Positions 1-9,076 of a stretch of 54,965 bases of DNA are shown in pieces. The first letter of the stretch is position 1, and each line of letters begins with the position of its first letter. The notes beneath the pieces were generated by a model. The model did no database searches, was not told the DNA's origin, and worked only from the letters and a program-made list of their open reading frames with translations. This DNA is from an uncultured Gemmatimonadaceae bacterium (GTDB lineage: Bacteria > Gemmatimonadota > Gemmatimonadetes > Longimicrobiales > RSA9): positions 13,660 to 68,624 of the forward strand of contig CAYPGK010000005.1 of assembly GCA_964410055.1 (NCBI GenBank). Reading direction: 5' to 3'. Both the position numbers and the translations under genes were made by a program.

Positions 1-88
1 GCGACGGCGCCCCGAAACCGTCGTCCACTCGCCCCGACCGTAGATCGCCATTGAACCCGCGAATGGCGTCGGGGCCCATTCCTTCCGC

Positions 89-910
89 TCAGCCCGCTTC
101 CCAGAACCCCTTCAGATCCTCGGGTAACTCGTCCTGCACCCGGTCGGCAAGGTCGTCGGGGAGGGTGCGGCGGAGCGAAGCGAAGGTGGCAGCGGCCGCG
201 TGGCGTGCGGCGTCGAGGTCGGCGGTGCCGAGGTCGTCGCCGATGCGTCCGAGGAAGCGCTCGGGGGACTCGTCGGCCTCGGTTCCGGCCTCGGGCGCGA
301 CCCAGAATCCGCGCACGTCCTCTGGCAGCACGCGGTCGATCTCCTCGACCAGCGGGTCGGAGAGGCGGCCGCGGAGATGGGCGAGGACGGAGCAGGCGAC
401 GTCCGTCGCGGCGGCGGGGACGCGCCCTTCGAGCCGGTCGGCGAGGAGGTCCCAGAAGGGGCTCGGGCCCTGTTCGAAATGCGGGCCGGCGATGGCGTGG
501 TCGCCGCGCCAGAGCTCCTTGAGGCCCGAGGGGAGCTGGTGCTCGACGTGGTCGGCCTCGGTGTCGGAGATGACCTCGCGGACCGCGGCGAAGACGGCCG
601 CCGTGGCGCGTGCGGCGGTCTGCATGTCGGGGAGCGCGGTGAGGTCGATGACGCGCTCGAGGAAGGCGTTGTGGTCGAGCTCGGTGATCGGCCGGCCGGT
701 CCGCTCCTCGGCCGCGCCGGTGCCGGGCGTGGCCCAGAGCTCCTTGATCTCTTCGGGGAGTTCCTCGCGCAGGTGCCGGGCCTCCTCGGGGCGGATGCGG
801 TGGCGCAGCAGGACCAGGACGGAGCGGGCGATGTCCTCTTCGCGGTCCCGGCCCTGTTCCGGGAGCCCTCGTTCGAGTGCGCGCCAGAAGTCGTCAGCAT
901 CGCGGGCCAT
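89..910 (-). CDS. DUF2267-like protein built from four ~65-aa helical repeats
   Basis: ORF 89..1069 trimmed to the ATG at 910, preceded by GGAGGA (rc of 914-919). Four internal repeats each end in an ELPxxxKxLW / LPEDxxGFW-type motif typical of DUF2267. Confidence 0.7.
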   Translation of the reverse strand: MARDADDFWRALERGLPEQGRDREEDIARSVLVLLRHRIRPEEARHLREELPEEIKELWATPGTGAAEERTGRPITELDHNAFLERVIDLTALPDMQTAARATAAVFAAVREVISDTEADHVEHQLPSGLKELWRGDHAIAGPHFEQGPSPFWDLLADRLEGRVPAAATDVACSVLAHLRGRLSDPLVEEIDRVLPEDVRGFWVAPEAGTEADESPERFLGRIGDDLGTADLDAARHAAAATFASLRRTLPDDLADRVQDELPEDLKGFWEAG

Positions 911-919
911 AGGTCCTCC

Positions 920-941
920 GCCGGGTGTGAGCCGGGTGTGG
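920..941. repeat. 11-bp tandem duplication GCCGGGTGTGA/GCCGGGTGTGG
   Basis: 10/11 identical. Directly abuts the GGAGGA RBS of the DUF2267 gene. Confidence 0.8.
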
Positions 942-1059
942 GTTCTGCGGGCGCTGCGTCCACGCCTTCGGGCCGGGCGGCCTGCAAGATGCGCTCCCGA
1001 TTGGAAGGTTGGCGGGAACGCACGTTGCCATTGCGTGGGTGTGGCGAGGAGGAGACCGG

Positions 1060-1959
1060 ATGAGGCCAATGCTATCGGGATCGATCGGCGTCGTCGCCAT
1101 TGCCGTCTTCGCTTTCGCAGCAGTGCAGCGGCAGGGTGCCAGGGAAATGTCGGACGTGCTGGTCCGCGTGCACGGCCCGCTCCAGCTGGCCGCCGGCGAC
1201 AGTGCGGGCACGGTGGTCGTGGTCGGTCACGACGCGGACGTGGCGGGGACGATCACCGATCAGCTCGTCGTGGTCCGCGGCACGGTGCGGGTCACGGGGA
1301 CGGTGCGCGGGAACCTGGTCGTCGTCCACGGTCGGGCCGAGCTCGGCCCGGAAGCGACGGTCGGCGAGAACGTGGTGCTCTATCAAAGCGCCCTCGAGCG
1401 CGCGCCCGGAGCTCGGGTCGGCAGCGTCGTCCACCGGCAGGCGGCGATCGAGTGGAGCCCGCTCATCGGCTGGATCTTCTGGCTGAGCCTCACGGTCGTG
1501 GTCCTGGCCGTCGCGCTGGCGTTTGCAGCGGTTGCGGGGCGCCAGCTCTTCGAGGCGGCGATCGGGATCGGGGCGCGGCCGGGGCCGGTCGTGCTGACGG
1601 CGCTGATCGTGGCGGCAGGCCTGCCGATCCTCGCCCTCCTCTCATTGATCAGCGTGATCGGCATCCCGCTCGCCATGCTGATCGGCTTCTTCGTGATCCC
1701 TGCGCTCGCACTTCTTGGGGTAGCGGTGACGGGGACCTGGATCGGCGCGGCGGCGCTCCGGCGGTGGGCGAGCGCGGAACGCTACGAGCGCGCGCGCGAG
1801 CACCCGTACCTCGCGGCTACGATCGGGGTGGTCGCGCTCCACCTCCTGGGGCTGATCCCGTTCATCGGCGCCCTGATCGTCCTGCTCGCGAGCCAGCTCG
1901 GCGCGGGCGCGCTGGTCTACAGGAGCTGGCAGCGGCTTCGCGGACGGGCGCAGCCGTGA
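1060..1959 (+). CDS. Membrane protein with an N-terminal bactofilin-like (polymer-forming, beta-helical) domain and a polytopic C-terminal domain
   Basis: ORF 1009..1959 trimmed to the ATG at 1060, behind GGAGGAG. An N-terminal signal anchor is followed by V/G/T-rich repeats (VVVVGHDADVAGTI..VVVRGTVRVTGTVRGNLVVVHG) and then about 5 hydrophobic helices. Confidence 0.6.
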   Translation: MRPMLSGSIGVVAIAVFAFAAVQRQGAREMSDVLVRVHGPLQLAAGDSAGTVVVVGHDADVAGTITDQLVVVRGTVRVTGTVRGNLVVVHGRAELGPEATVGENVVLYQSALERAPGARVGSVVHRQAAIEWSPLIGWIFWLSLTVVVLAVALAFAAVAGRQLFEAAIGIGARPGPVVLTALIVAAGLPILALLSLISVIGIPLAMLIGFFVIPALALLGVAVTGTWIGAAALRRWASAERYERAREHPYLAATIGVVALHLLGLIPFIGALIVLLASQLGAGALVYRSWQRLRGRAQP

Positions 1960-1995
1960 GGCGCGACGGCGCGATCCGCGAAGCGCTGCGCGGAC

Positions 1996-2289
1996 TCAAT
2001 GCCGACGTCGCCGGGGCTGCGGGCGACTGCGGCGCCGGCCGCCGTCGCGCAAGCGCCACGGCTCCCGGGGCTGGACACGGAACTCCGAGGCGTAGCTCCC
2101 GCGGCGACCCGCGCCACGGAATCCGTAGTAGTCGGACTCGTAACGGCTACGCTCGCGGCTCTCGGCCGGGAACTCGTCCATCTCACGCTGCGCCTCCCGG
2201 TGCATCCGTTCCTGGGCGCTCATGCGGCGGCGATAGATCTCGCCGTATCCGTAGCCGAGCTCGTAACGGGTGGGCATCGCGTACTCCAT
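1996..2289 (-). CDS. Small (97 aa) R/G/Y/E-rich low-complexity protein, unknown function
   Basis: Inner part of ORF 1996..2535. High G/C at third codon positions and TAC preferred for Tyr in this frame. No hydrophobic segment. The start is uncertain (ATG 2289, or ATG 2277 which has GGAG 6 nt upstream). Confidence 0.4.
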   Translation of the reverse strand: MEYAMPTRYELGYGYGEIYRRRMSAQERMHREAQREMDEFPAESRERSRYESDYYGFRGAGRRGSYASEFRVQPREPWRLRDGGRRRSRPQPRRRRH

Positions 2290-2315
2290 CGCTGGTCGAA
2301 CGTGTCGTCCCACGA

Positions 2316-2324
2316 ATGAATCAT
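2316..2324. promoter_or_regulatory. Palindrome ATGAATCAT between the ZIP transporter gene and the divergent small gene (candidate metalloregulator box)
   Basis: A 4+1+4 palindrome in a locally AT-rich patch (CACGAATGAATCATGCAA), 50 nt upstream of the ZIP ATG. It is short, so chance occurrence is possible. Confidence 0.2.
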
Positions 2325-2374
2325 GCAACCGGGGTACCAGTCGGAGCGGCCGGGGCCACGGGGCGAACGCGGCA

Positions 2375-3196
2375 ATGATCGACGCGATTCGGCAGCTCGA
2401 TCCGCTCCTCCAGGCGGTCCTGGCCGGGGCCTTCACCTGGGCGGTCACCGCGCTCGGCGCGGCCATCGTGTTGATCCGGCGCGACTTCCCCGCCCACCTG
2501 CTGGACGCGATGCTCGGCTTCGCGGCCGGCGTCATGATCGCCGCGAGCGTGTGGTCGCTCCTGATCCCGGCAATCGAGCTGGCCGACGCACGCGGTCAGC
2601 CCGGGTGGGCTCCGGCGTCGATCGGATTCCTCCTCGGCGCCGGCTTCCTGCGGATCGCCGACGAGCTGCTTCCTCACCTGCACCTGTTCTTGCCGACCGA
2701 ACGGGCCGAGGGGTTGGCGACGAGGTGGCGGCGCACCACGCTCCTCGTGCTGGCGATCACGCTCCACAACATCCCGGAAGGGCTAGCGATGGGCGTGGCC
2801 TTCGGCGCGTCGGGCGTACTCGAGGGCGCGGCTGCCGAGTCCGCCCTCACGGGCGCCATCGCGCTCGCGCTCGGGATCGGACTCCAGAACTTCCCCGAGG
2901 GGATCGCCGTGGCGATGCCGCTGCGCCGTGAAGGCGTCTCGTCGTTCCAAAGCTTCTGGTTCGGCCAGCTCTCGGCGCTGGTCGAGCCGCTCGCGGCGTG
3001 GATCGGCGCGGCGGCCGTGCTGCGTGTCCAGGCGATCCTCCCCTACAGCCTCGCCTTTGCGGCTGGCGCGATGATCTACGTCGTGGTCGAACAGTTGATC
3101 CCGGAATCCCAGCAGCGCGGCCGGACGGACCTGGCCACGAGCGCGACGATCCTCGGCTTCACCGTCATGATGATCCTGGACGTGGCGCTGTCGTGA
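2375..3196 (+). CDS. ZIP family divalent metal transporter (ZupT/GufA-like)
   Basis: ORF 2270..3196 trimmed to MIDAIRQ. Carries the ZIP signature LHNIPEGLA, a second FPEGIAV motif, and about 8 TM helices. Confidence 0.85.
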   Translation: MIDAIRQLDPLLQAVLAGAFTWAVTALGAAIVLIRRDFPAHLLDAMLGFAAGVMIAASVWSLLIPAIELADARGQPGWAPASIGFLLGAGFLRIADELLPHLHLFLPTERAEGLATRWRRTTLLVLAITLHNIPEGLAMGVAFGASGVLEGAAAESALTGAIALALGIGLQNFPEGIAVAMPLRREGVSSFQSFWFGQLSALVEPLAAWIGAAAVLRVQAILPYSLAFAAGAMIYVVVEQLIPESQQRGRTDLATSATILGFTVMMILDVALS

Positions 3197-3276
3197 GGGG
3201 CTATAGCACATCCGACGGCGGACGAACGGACCGTACGCCGGGCACCGGGCGAGGTGCGCCGTTGCGACGCTTCGGC

Positions 3277-4638
3277 TCAGCCACCGCCCGCGCGCCGGGA
3301 AATGGCCGCGGCCTCGCCCGCGAGGCGGTCACTCACGCGCACGGGGTAGGGCGGATCTGCGGGTTCGAGTGCCCGGATCGCGTCCGGGAGTCGGGCCAGC
3401 TCCTCTGCGGCGCGGGCGCGGGCGTCGTCCAGCGTCGCGCGGCCGGCCGGGAGGCGGCGACCCGACTCCATGACCTGGACCAGGAGCGGGCGGCCGGGCA
3501 ACGCTTCGTCGCGGCAGGCGATGACGTCGCCTACGGCCCTGCCGTCCGCTTCCATGCGGAACACCTGCTTGGGGCCGGGGAGGATCGGCTTGCCGGGGGA
3601 AAGCTTGACGCGCCCCTGGCCGGCGTACTCCGTCAGCTTGTAAGCCATGTCGAGGGCCGGCGCATCGGAGGATACGCCCATGCGGGTGCCGACGCCGAAG
3701 GCGTCGATCGGCGCGCCTCTCGCGACGATGCGCGCGATCTCGTCCTCGTCGAGCCCGCCGCTCGCGAAGATCTCGACCTCGCCGAGCCCGGCGCGGTCCA
3801 GGATCTCGCGGGCGCCGAACGCCAGCTCGGCGAGGTCGCCGGAATCGAGGCGGACGGCGCGGACGCGGAACGCATCCCCCAGCTCGCGGGCGAGCTCGAC
3901 CACCCGCCGCACGCCCTCCAGCGTGTCGTAGGTGTCGACGAGGAGCGTCGTCTCGGGATAGGTGCGCGTGAAGGCGCGGAACGCGTCCATCTCCCGGTCG
4001 AACGCCTGGACGAAGCTGTGCGCCATCGTCCCGGCGATGGGGACGCCGTACACCCGACCGGCGAGGACGTTGCTCGTCGAGGCGACGCCGGCAACGTGGA
4101 AGGCGCGAGCCGCCTTGAGTGCGGCGTCGGTCCCGTGGATGCGTCGCATGCCGAAGTCGACGACCGGGCGCCCGGCTGCGGCGTGGACCACCCGCGCCGT
4201 CTTGGATGCGACGACGGTCTGGAAGTGGAGCTGGTTCATGACGAACGTCTCGGCGAGCTGCGCCTCGAGGATCGGCGCCTCGACCTCGAGGAGCGGCTCG
4301 TTCGCGAAGAAGGGCGTGCCTTCGGGGAGCGCCCAGACGTCGCCGGTGAAGCGGAAGCCGCGCAACCAGTCCAGGAACTCGGGCGCGAAGCCGGGGAGCG
4401 TGCGGAGGTAGTCGATCGCGGCGTCGCCGAAGTGGAAGTTCTCGAGGAAGCGGAGCGCGTCGTCGAGGCCGCAGGCAAGGAGGAAGTTGCGGCGCTCGGG
4501 GAGCCTGCGGCTGAAGAGGGAGAACACGGCCCGGCCGGCCATTCCCTCGCGCCAGTAGGCCTGTGCCATGGTCAGCTCGTAGAGGTCGACGAAGAGGGCG
4601 ACGTTCTCGTCGTCGACCCAGGGCGTGTCGGTGTTCAT
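3277..4638 (-). CDS. pncB: Nicotinate phosphoribosyltransferase
   Basis: ORF 3277..4731 trimmed to MNTDTPW. The N-terminus is NAPRTase-like (LFVDLYELTMAQAYW) and similarity runs the full length of the family. Confidence 0.85.
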   Translation of the reverse strand: MNTDTPWVDDENVALFVDLYELTMAQAYWREGMAGRAVFSLFSRRLPERRNFLLACGLDDALRFLENFHFGDAAIDYLRTLPGFAPEFLDWLRGFRFTGDVWALPEGTPFFANEPLLEVEAPILEAQLAETFVMNQLHFQTVVASKTARVVHAAAGRPVVDFGMRRIHGTDAALKAARAFHVAGVASTSNVLAGRVYGVPIAGTMAHSFVQAFDREMDAFRAFTRTYPETTLLVDTYDTLEGVRRVVELARELGDAFRVRAVRLDSGDLAELAFGAREILDRAGLGEVEIFASGGLDEDEIARIVARGAPIDAFGVGTRMGVSSDAPALDMAYKLTEYAGQGRVKLSPGKPILPGPKQVFRMEADGRAVGDVIACRDEALPGRPLLVQVMESGRRLPAGRATLDDARARAAEELARLPDAIRALEPADPPYPVRVSDRLAGEAAAISRRAGGG

Positions 4639-4751
4639 CTGCGGCCCGGCTCGACGGTGGCGGTCGTGGGGGCGGCCGGGCGCGGTGGGCCGCCCCCGGC
4701 GCGGATCATGGCACGCGGGTGCACGATCCACGCCGGGGCGCAGCGGGTGGA

Positions 4752-5141
4752 TCAGGCGCGTTCGAGCTCGGCCCAGCGCTCGGCGTCGACCGCGCCGGGA
4801 AGGGCGTGCGCGCGGACCGCATCCCAGAACGCCGTGCCCGGGCTACCGATGTGGCGGGCGAAGCGTCCGTCGTGGTAGACGTAGACCGCGCCGGTCCGCT
4901 CGTCCTTCACCACGTGGGTCTGCGTGGTCGCCGGCCCGGCGGCGGCGGTGCCGCCGAAGCCGAAGGCGCGGTCGGGCCAGGTCTGCGGCCACGAGTAGAG
5001 GTTGACCTCCTCCGGCGCGGGGCGCGGCAGGCCGGCTCGCTCCCGGTCTGCATCGATCCGCTGGAACGCATCGTACAGCACCCGGTTCATCCGCTCACTG
5101 AACAGACGAACCCTCTCCCCGTAAATCTTCCGCTCGAGCAT
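4752..5141 (-). CDS. Hypothetical protein (129 aa)
   Basis: ORF 4752..5315 trimmed to the ATG at 5141, with GAGGG 7 nt upstream. Codon bias is good. I recognise no family. Confidence 0.5.
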   Translation of the reverse strand: MLERKIYGERVRLFSERMNRVLYDAFQRIDADRERAGLPRPAPEEVNLYSWPQTWPDRAFGFGGTAAAGPATTQTHVVKDERTGAVYVYHDGRFARHIGSPGTAFWDAVRAHALPGAVDAERWAELERA

Positions 5142-5320
5142 GCCGTTACCCTCGCAAGGGAGCACGATAAGTGGTTGCGACAGCATGCGTGGCGGGCGAG
5201 TGCGCGTCAAGGTCCCCCGACCCGGGCCGCCGGGCAGGAGCTGCCCCTTTCGCAAAGCGATCCAAGCGCGCATCTTGCGCCGCTTTCCAGAATGCAGTTC
5301 GAAGGACGAGGTCACGGATC

Positions 5321-7210
5321 ATGGCGTGGACGATCGAGGACTCCCGCGAGCTCTACAACCTCGACGGGTGGGGCATCGGCTACTTCGATATCAACGAGAA
5401 GGGGCACGTCACCGTGCACCCGACGCGGGAACCCGAGCGCGGGCTCGACCTCTTCGAGCTGGCGACCGACCTCGAGGCGCAGGGCGTCGGGCTTCCGCTC
5501 CTGCTCCGCTTTTCTGACATCCTGCGCACACGGATCGAGTCGCTCACCGAGCGGTTCCACGCGGCGATCGAAGAGTTCGGCTACGAAGGGACGTACACGA
5601 CGGTCTACCCCATCAAGGTCAACCAGCAGCGGCACATCGTCGAGGAGATCGTCGCGTTCGGCGAGCAGTACAACGTCGGCCTCGAGGTGGGCAGCAAGCC
5701 CGAGCTCCAGGCCGTCCTCGCGCTCACGGAGCGCACGGATCACCTGATCGTCTGCAACGGCTACAAGGACGAGGAGTACATGCGCCTGGCCCTCATGGGC
5801 CAGAAGCTCGGGCACAAGGTGCTGATCGTCCTCGAGAAGAACGGCGAGGTGGACACGCTGCTGCGCGTGGCCGAGGAGATGGACGTGGTCCCGACCGCGG
5901 GCGTGCGGATCAAGCTCTCGGCGACGGGGGCCGGCCGATGGTCCGAGACCGCCGGCGAGCGAAGCAAGTTCGGCCTGAACTCCTCTCAGCTCGTCCGCGT
6001 CCTCGACAAGCTCGAGGCCGCCGGCCGCCTCGACATCCTCAAGATGATCCACTTCCACATGGGGTCGCAGATCCCCGACATCCGCAACATCAAGCAGGCG
6101 ATGACGGAGGTCGCGCGGTTCTACGTGGAGCTCCGCAAGTTGGGCGTGGAGATCGAGTACGTGGATGTGGGCGGCGGGCTCGGCGTCGACTACGACGGCT
6201 CGCGCTCGACCGCGGCGGCCAGCGTGAACTACTCCATGCAGGAGTACGCGAACGACATCATCTACTCTCTGGCCGAGGCGGCGCGGGAGAACGACGTGCC
6301 GATGCCGCACGTGATCTCGGAGTCCGGGCGGGCGCTCACCGCGCACCACGCGCTCCTGCTCGTCAACGTAATCGACGTGGAGACGCAGATCGAGGAGGAG
6401 CCCGGCGAGGTCCCCGAGGACGCGCACGCGCTCGTGCACGAGCTCGCCGCCACGCTGCGCGACCTGGACGAGCGCAGCCTGCGCGAGACGTACCACGACG
6501 CGACGTTCGCCAAGGAGCAGATGCGTGTGCACTTCAACAGCGGCGTGCTCACGCTCCGGGAGCGGGCCCACGCCGAGCGCCTCTTCCTTGCGATCATGAA
6601 CCGCGTCGCGCGCCTCGCCTCGGAAGACCCCGAGGAGTACGAGGACATCCTCCCCGAGCTCGAAACGGTCCTGACCGACCGCTACTTCTGCAACTTCTCG
6701 GTCTTCCAGTCTCTGCCCGACTCGTGGGCGATCGACCAGCTCTTCCCGATCCTGCCGATCCACCGGCTGAACGAGGAGCCGGTCCGGCGCGGCACGCTCC
6801 AGGACGTGACGTGCGACAGCGACGGCAAGATCGACCGCTTCATCGGCTGGCGCGAGCCGAAGCCGAGCCTGGAGCTGCACACCTTCCGCGCCGGCGAGCC
6901 GTACGTGCTCGGGATCTTCCTGACCGGCGCATACCAGGAGATCCTGGGCGACCTGCACAACCTCTTCGGCGACACGAACGCCGTCCACATCCGGCTAACC
7001 GACAGCGGCTACGAGGTCGGCCACCTGGTCCACGGCGACACGGTCACGGAGGTGCTGAACTACGTTCAGTTCAACGCGCAGGACCTGGTCGCGACGTTCC
7101 GGCGCAAGGTCCAGAATGCCCGCGACCTGACGCGCGCCGAGGCGAACGGGTTCATCGCGGACTACATCGCGGGGTTGGCCGGGTACACGTACCTGGAGGG
7201 CGAGCTCTAG
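5321..7210 (+). CDS. speA: Biosynthetic arginine decarboxylase
   Basis: Starts MAWTIEDSRELYNLDGWGIGYFDINEKGHV, the typical SpeA N-terminus. PLP-fold motifs YPIKVNQ and GGGLGVDYDG are present. 629 aa. Confidence 0.95.
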   Translation: MAWTIEDSRELYNLDGWGIGYFDINEKGHVTVHPTREPERGLDLFELATDLEAQGVGLPLLLRFSDILRTRIESLTERFHAAIEEFGYEGTYTTVYPIKVNQQRHIVEEIVAFGEQYNVGLEVGSKPELQAVLALTERTDHLIVCNGYKDEEYMRLALMGQKLGHKVLIVLEKNGEVDTLLRVAEEMDVVPTAGVRIKLSATGAGRWSETAGERSKFGLNSSQLVRVLDKLEAAGRLDILKMIHFHMGSQIPDIRNIKQAMTEVARFYVELRKLGVEIEYVDVGGGLGVDYDGSRSTAAASVNYSMQEYANDIIYSLAEAARENDVPMPHVISESGRALTAHHALLLVNVIDVETQIEEEPGEVPEDAHALVHELAATLRDLDERSLRETYHDATFAKEQMRVHFNSGVLTLRERAHAERLFLAIMNRVARLASEDPEEYEDILPELETVLTDRYFCNFSVFQSLPDSWAIDQLFPILPIHRLNEEPVRRGTLQDVTCDSDGKIDRFIGWREPKPSLELHTFRAGEPYVLGIFLTGAYQEILGDLHNLFGDTNAVHIRLTDSGYEVGHLVHGDTVTEVLNYVQFNAQDLVATFRRKVQNARDLTRAEANGFIADYIAGLAGYTYLEGEL

Positions 7211-7240
7211 GCCGGGACGACGGCGCGTGGGTGCTGCCGA

Positions 7241-9076
7241 CTACGCTTCGGTGGGGCCTGCCGCCGAGGGCGCGGTTGCGGGCGCACCGCGGCTGACCGA
7301 GGCCCAGAGTCGCGCGAGGACCAACGCCGCGAGGGCGGCGACCACGGTGAGCGTGCCGGCCAGGGCGTAGCGGCCGTAGATCCAGTAGCCGGTGGCGAAG
7401 AGCGCCGAGTAGACGGCGAAGCACCCCGCGACCATGGCGAGGATCCCCCGGGGCACGGCCCAGTGCTCGCCCGCGCTTGGGAGCGGTGCGCCCTCCGCCT
7501 CGGCACGCCTCACCACTCGATCCCACCCGGGCCCGCCAGGGCGGACCAGTCCGTAGAACCTGCGGAGCACCGCCTCGTCGGTGGGCCGGGTGAGCAGCGT
7601 GACGGCGACCCACGCGACGGTCGTCACCCCCACCCCGATCAAGAGCTTCGCTGAGGCGGAGAGCGGCGCTCCCGGGAACAGCGCCGGGTGCGCCAGCTCG
7701 AGATAGACGGCGACGAGGAAAGAGACGGTCATCGCCGCGATCTCGCTGTACGCGTTGATCCGCCACCAGAACCAGCGCAGGATGAAGAGCAGCCCGGTGC
7801 CGGCGCCGATCTGGAGCAGGATCTGGAACGCCTGTAGCGCGTTCTCGAGCCAGAGCGCGAGGGCTGCGGAGAGGACCATGAGCGCCGCCGTCGAGGCGCG
7901 GCCGACCGCGACGAGGCGTCGGTCATCGGCGTCGGGGTCGACGAACCGCTTCCAGAAGTCGTGCGCCACGTAGGACGCGCCCCAGTTCAGGTGCGTCGAG
8001 ATCGTGGACATGTAGGCGGCGGCGAGGGAGGCGAGGACGAGCCCGAGCAGCCCGGCGGGCAGGAACGTCAGCATGGCCGGGTAGGCCAGGTCGTGGCCGA
8101 TGATCCCCGTCGGGACGCCGGGGAACGCGGCGCGGATCGACTCGAGCGTCGGGAAGACGACGATCGAAGCGAGCGCGACCAGGATCCACGGCCACGGCCG
8201 TAGCGCGTAGTGGGCGACGTTGAAGAGGAGCGTCGCCGCCGTCGCCTCACCCTCGTCGCGGGCGGAGAGCATGCGCTGCGCGACGTATCCGCCGCCGCCC
8301 GGCTCGGAGCCCGGGTACCAGACGCTCCACCACTGCACCGCGAGCGGGATCACGAGGAGCGGGACGACCGCCGAGGCGTCGCCGAAGTCGGGGAGCAGCG
8401 AGAGCCGGCCGGCGACGTCGGGGTGCGAGAGGAGCGCCGCGAGCCCGCCCACGTCCGGGTGCCTCACCGCAACCACCGCGGCGCCGATCGAGCCGACCAT
8501 CGCCACGCCGAAGAGGATGAAATCGGTGAGCAGGACGCCGGTAAGGCCGCCGATCATGCTGAAGAGCATGGTCGCGCCGCCTGCGAGCGCGACGGTCGCG
8601 AGCGGCGAGAGGCCGAGCATCACGCCCGCGATCTTGATCGCCGCGAGCGAGACGGTCGCCATGATCATCACGTTGAAGAACACACCCAGGTAGAGGGCGC
8701 GGAAGCCGCGGAGGAAGGCGGCCGGGCGGCCGGAGTAGCGGATCTCGTAGAATTCGAGGTCGGTAGAGACCTCGGCGCGGCGCCAGAGCTTTGCGTAGAC
8801 GAAGACCGTGAGCATCCCGGTCAGCAGGAACGCCCACCACACCCAGTTCCCCGCCACCCCGTTCTGCCGGACGATGTCGGTGACCAGGTTCGGCGTGTCC
8901 GTCGAGAAGGTGGTCGCGACCATCGAGGTGCCGAGCAGCCACCAGGGCATCGACCGGCCGGAGAGGAAGTACTCGGTCGTGCTCTTGCCGGCGCGCCGCC
9001 CCGCCCAGAGCCCGACGGCCAGGACGACGGCGAAGTATGCGGCGATGATCGCGAGGTCGGTGACGGACAGGTTCAA
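7241..9076 (-). CDS. Sodium:solute symporter (SSS) family transporter
   Basis: Polytopic protein with the SSS-like N-terminus YFLSGRSMPWWLLGTSMVATTFSTDTP. The proposed TTG start at 9076 follows GGAGAG and forms a TTGA overlap with the stop of the upstream ChaN gene. The ORF-track N-terminal extension is R/P-rich and overlaps ChaN. Confidence 0.8.
   Translation of the reverse strand: MNLSVTDLAIIAAYFAVVLAVGLWAGRRAGKSTTEYFLSGRSMPWWLLGTSMVATTFSTDTPNLVTDIVRQNGVAGNWVWWAFLLTGMLTVFVYAKLWRRAEVSTDLEFYEIRYSGRPAAFLRGFRALYLGVFFNVMIMATVSLAAIKIAGVMLGLSPLATVALAGGATMLFSMIGGLTGVLLTDFILFGVAMVGSIGAAVVAVRHPDVGGLAALLSHPDVAGRLSLLPDFGDASAVVPLLVIPLAVQWWSVWYPGSEPGGGGYVAQRMLSARDEGEATAATLLFNVAHYALRPWPWILVALASIVVFPTLESIRAAFPGVPTGIIGHDLAYPAMLTFLPAGLLGLVLASLAAAYMSTISTHLNWGASYVAHDFWKRFVDPDADDRRLVAVGRASTAALMVLSAALALWLENALQAFQILLQIGAGTGLLFILRWFWWRINAYSEIAAMTVSFLVAVYLELAHPALFPGAPLSASAKLLIGVGVTTVAWVAVTLLTRPTDEAVLRRFYGLVRPGGPGWDRVVRRAEAEGAPLPSAGEHWAVPRGILAMVAGCFAVYSALFATGYWIYGRYALAGTLTVVAALAALVLARLWASVSRGAPATAPSAAGPTEA

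Noticed and set aside
51-2378. 775-aa ORF on the plus strand, and similar very long ORFs elsewhere (for example 5312..6988 -, 22023..24047 -, 39311..41365 -, 47885..49735 -, 50957..53320 -, 28323..29786 +, 30855..32669 +, 43761..44915 +).
   Set aside because: Their translations are R/A/P/G-rich low-complexity strings typical of out-of-frame or antisense reading of about 70% GC DNA. Each lies on top of a gene with clear family motifs in another frame.
4708-4724. Sigma-54-like TGGCACGCGGGTGCA on the plus strand, and a similar TGGCACGCGCATGC on the minus strand near 9221-9236.
   Set aside because: The GG-to-GC spacing is 9 rather than 10. The first points away from the local (minus-strand) genes and the second lies inside the ChaN coding sequence.
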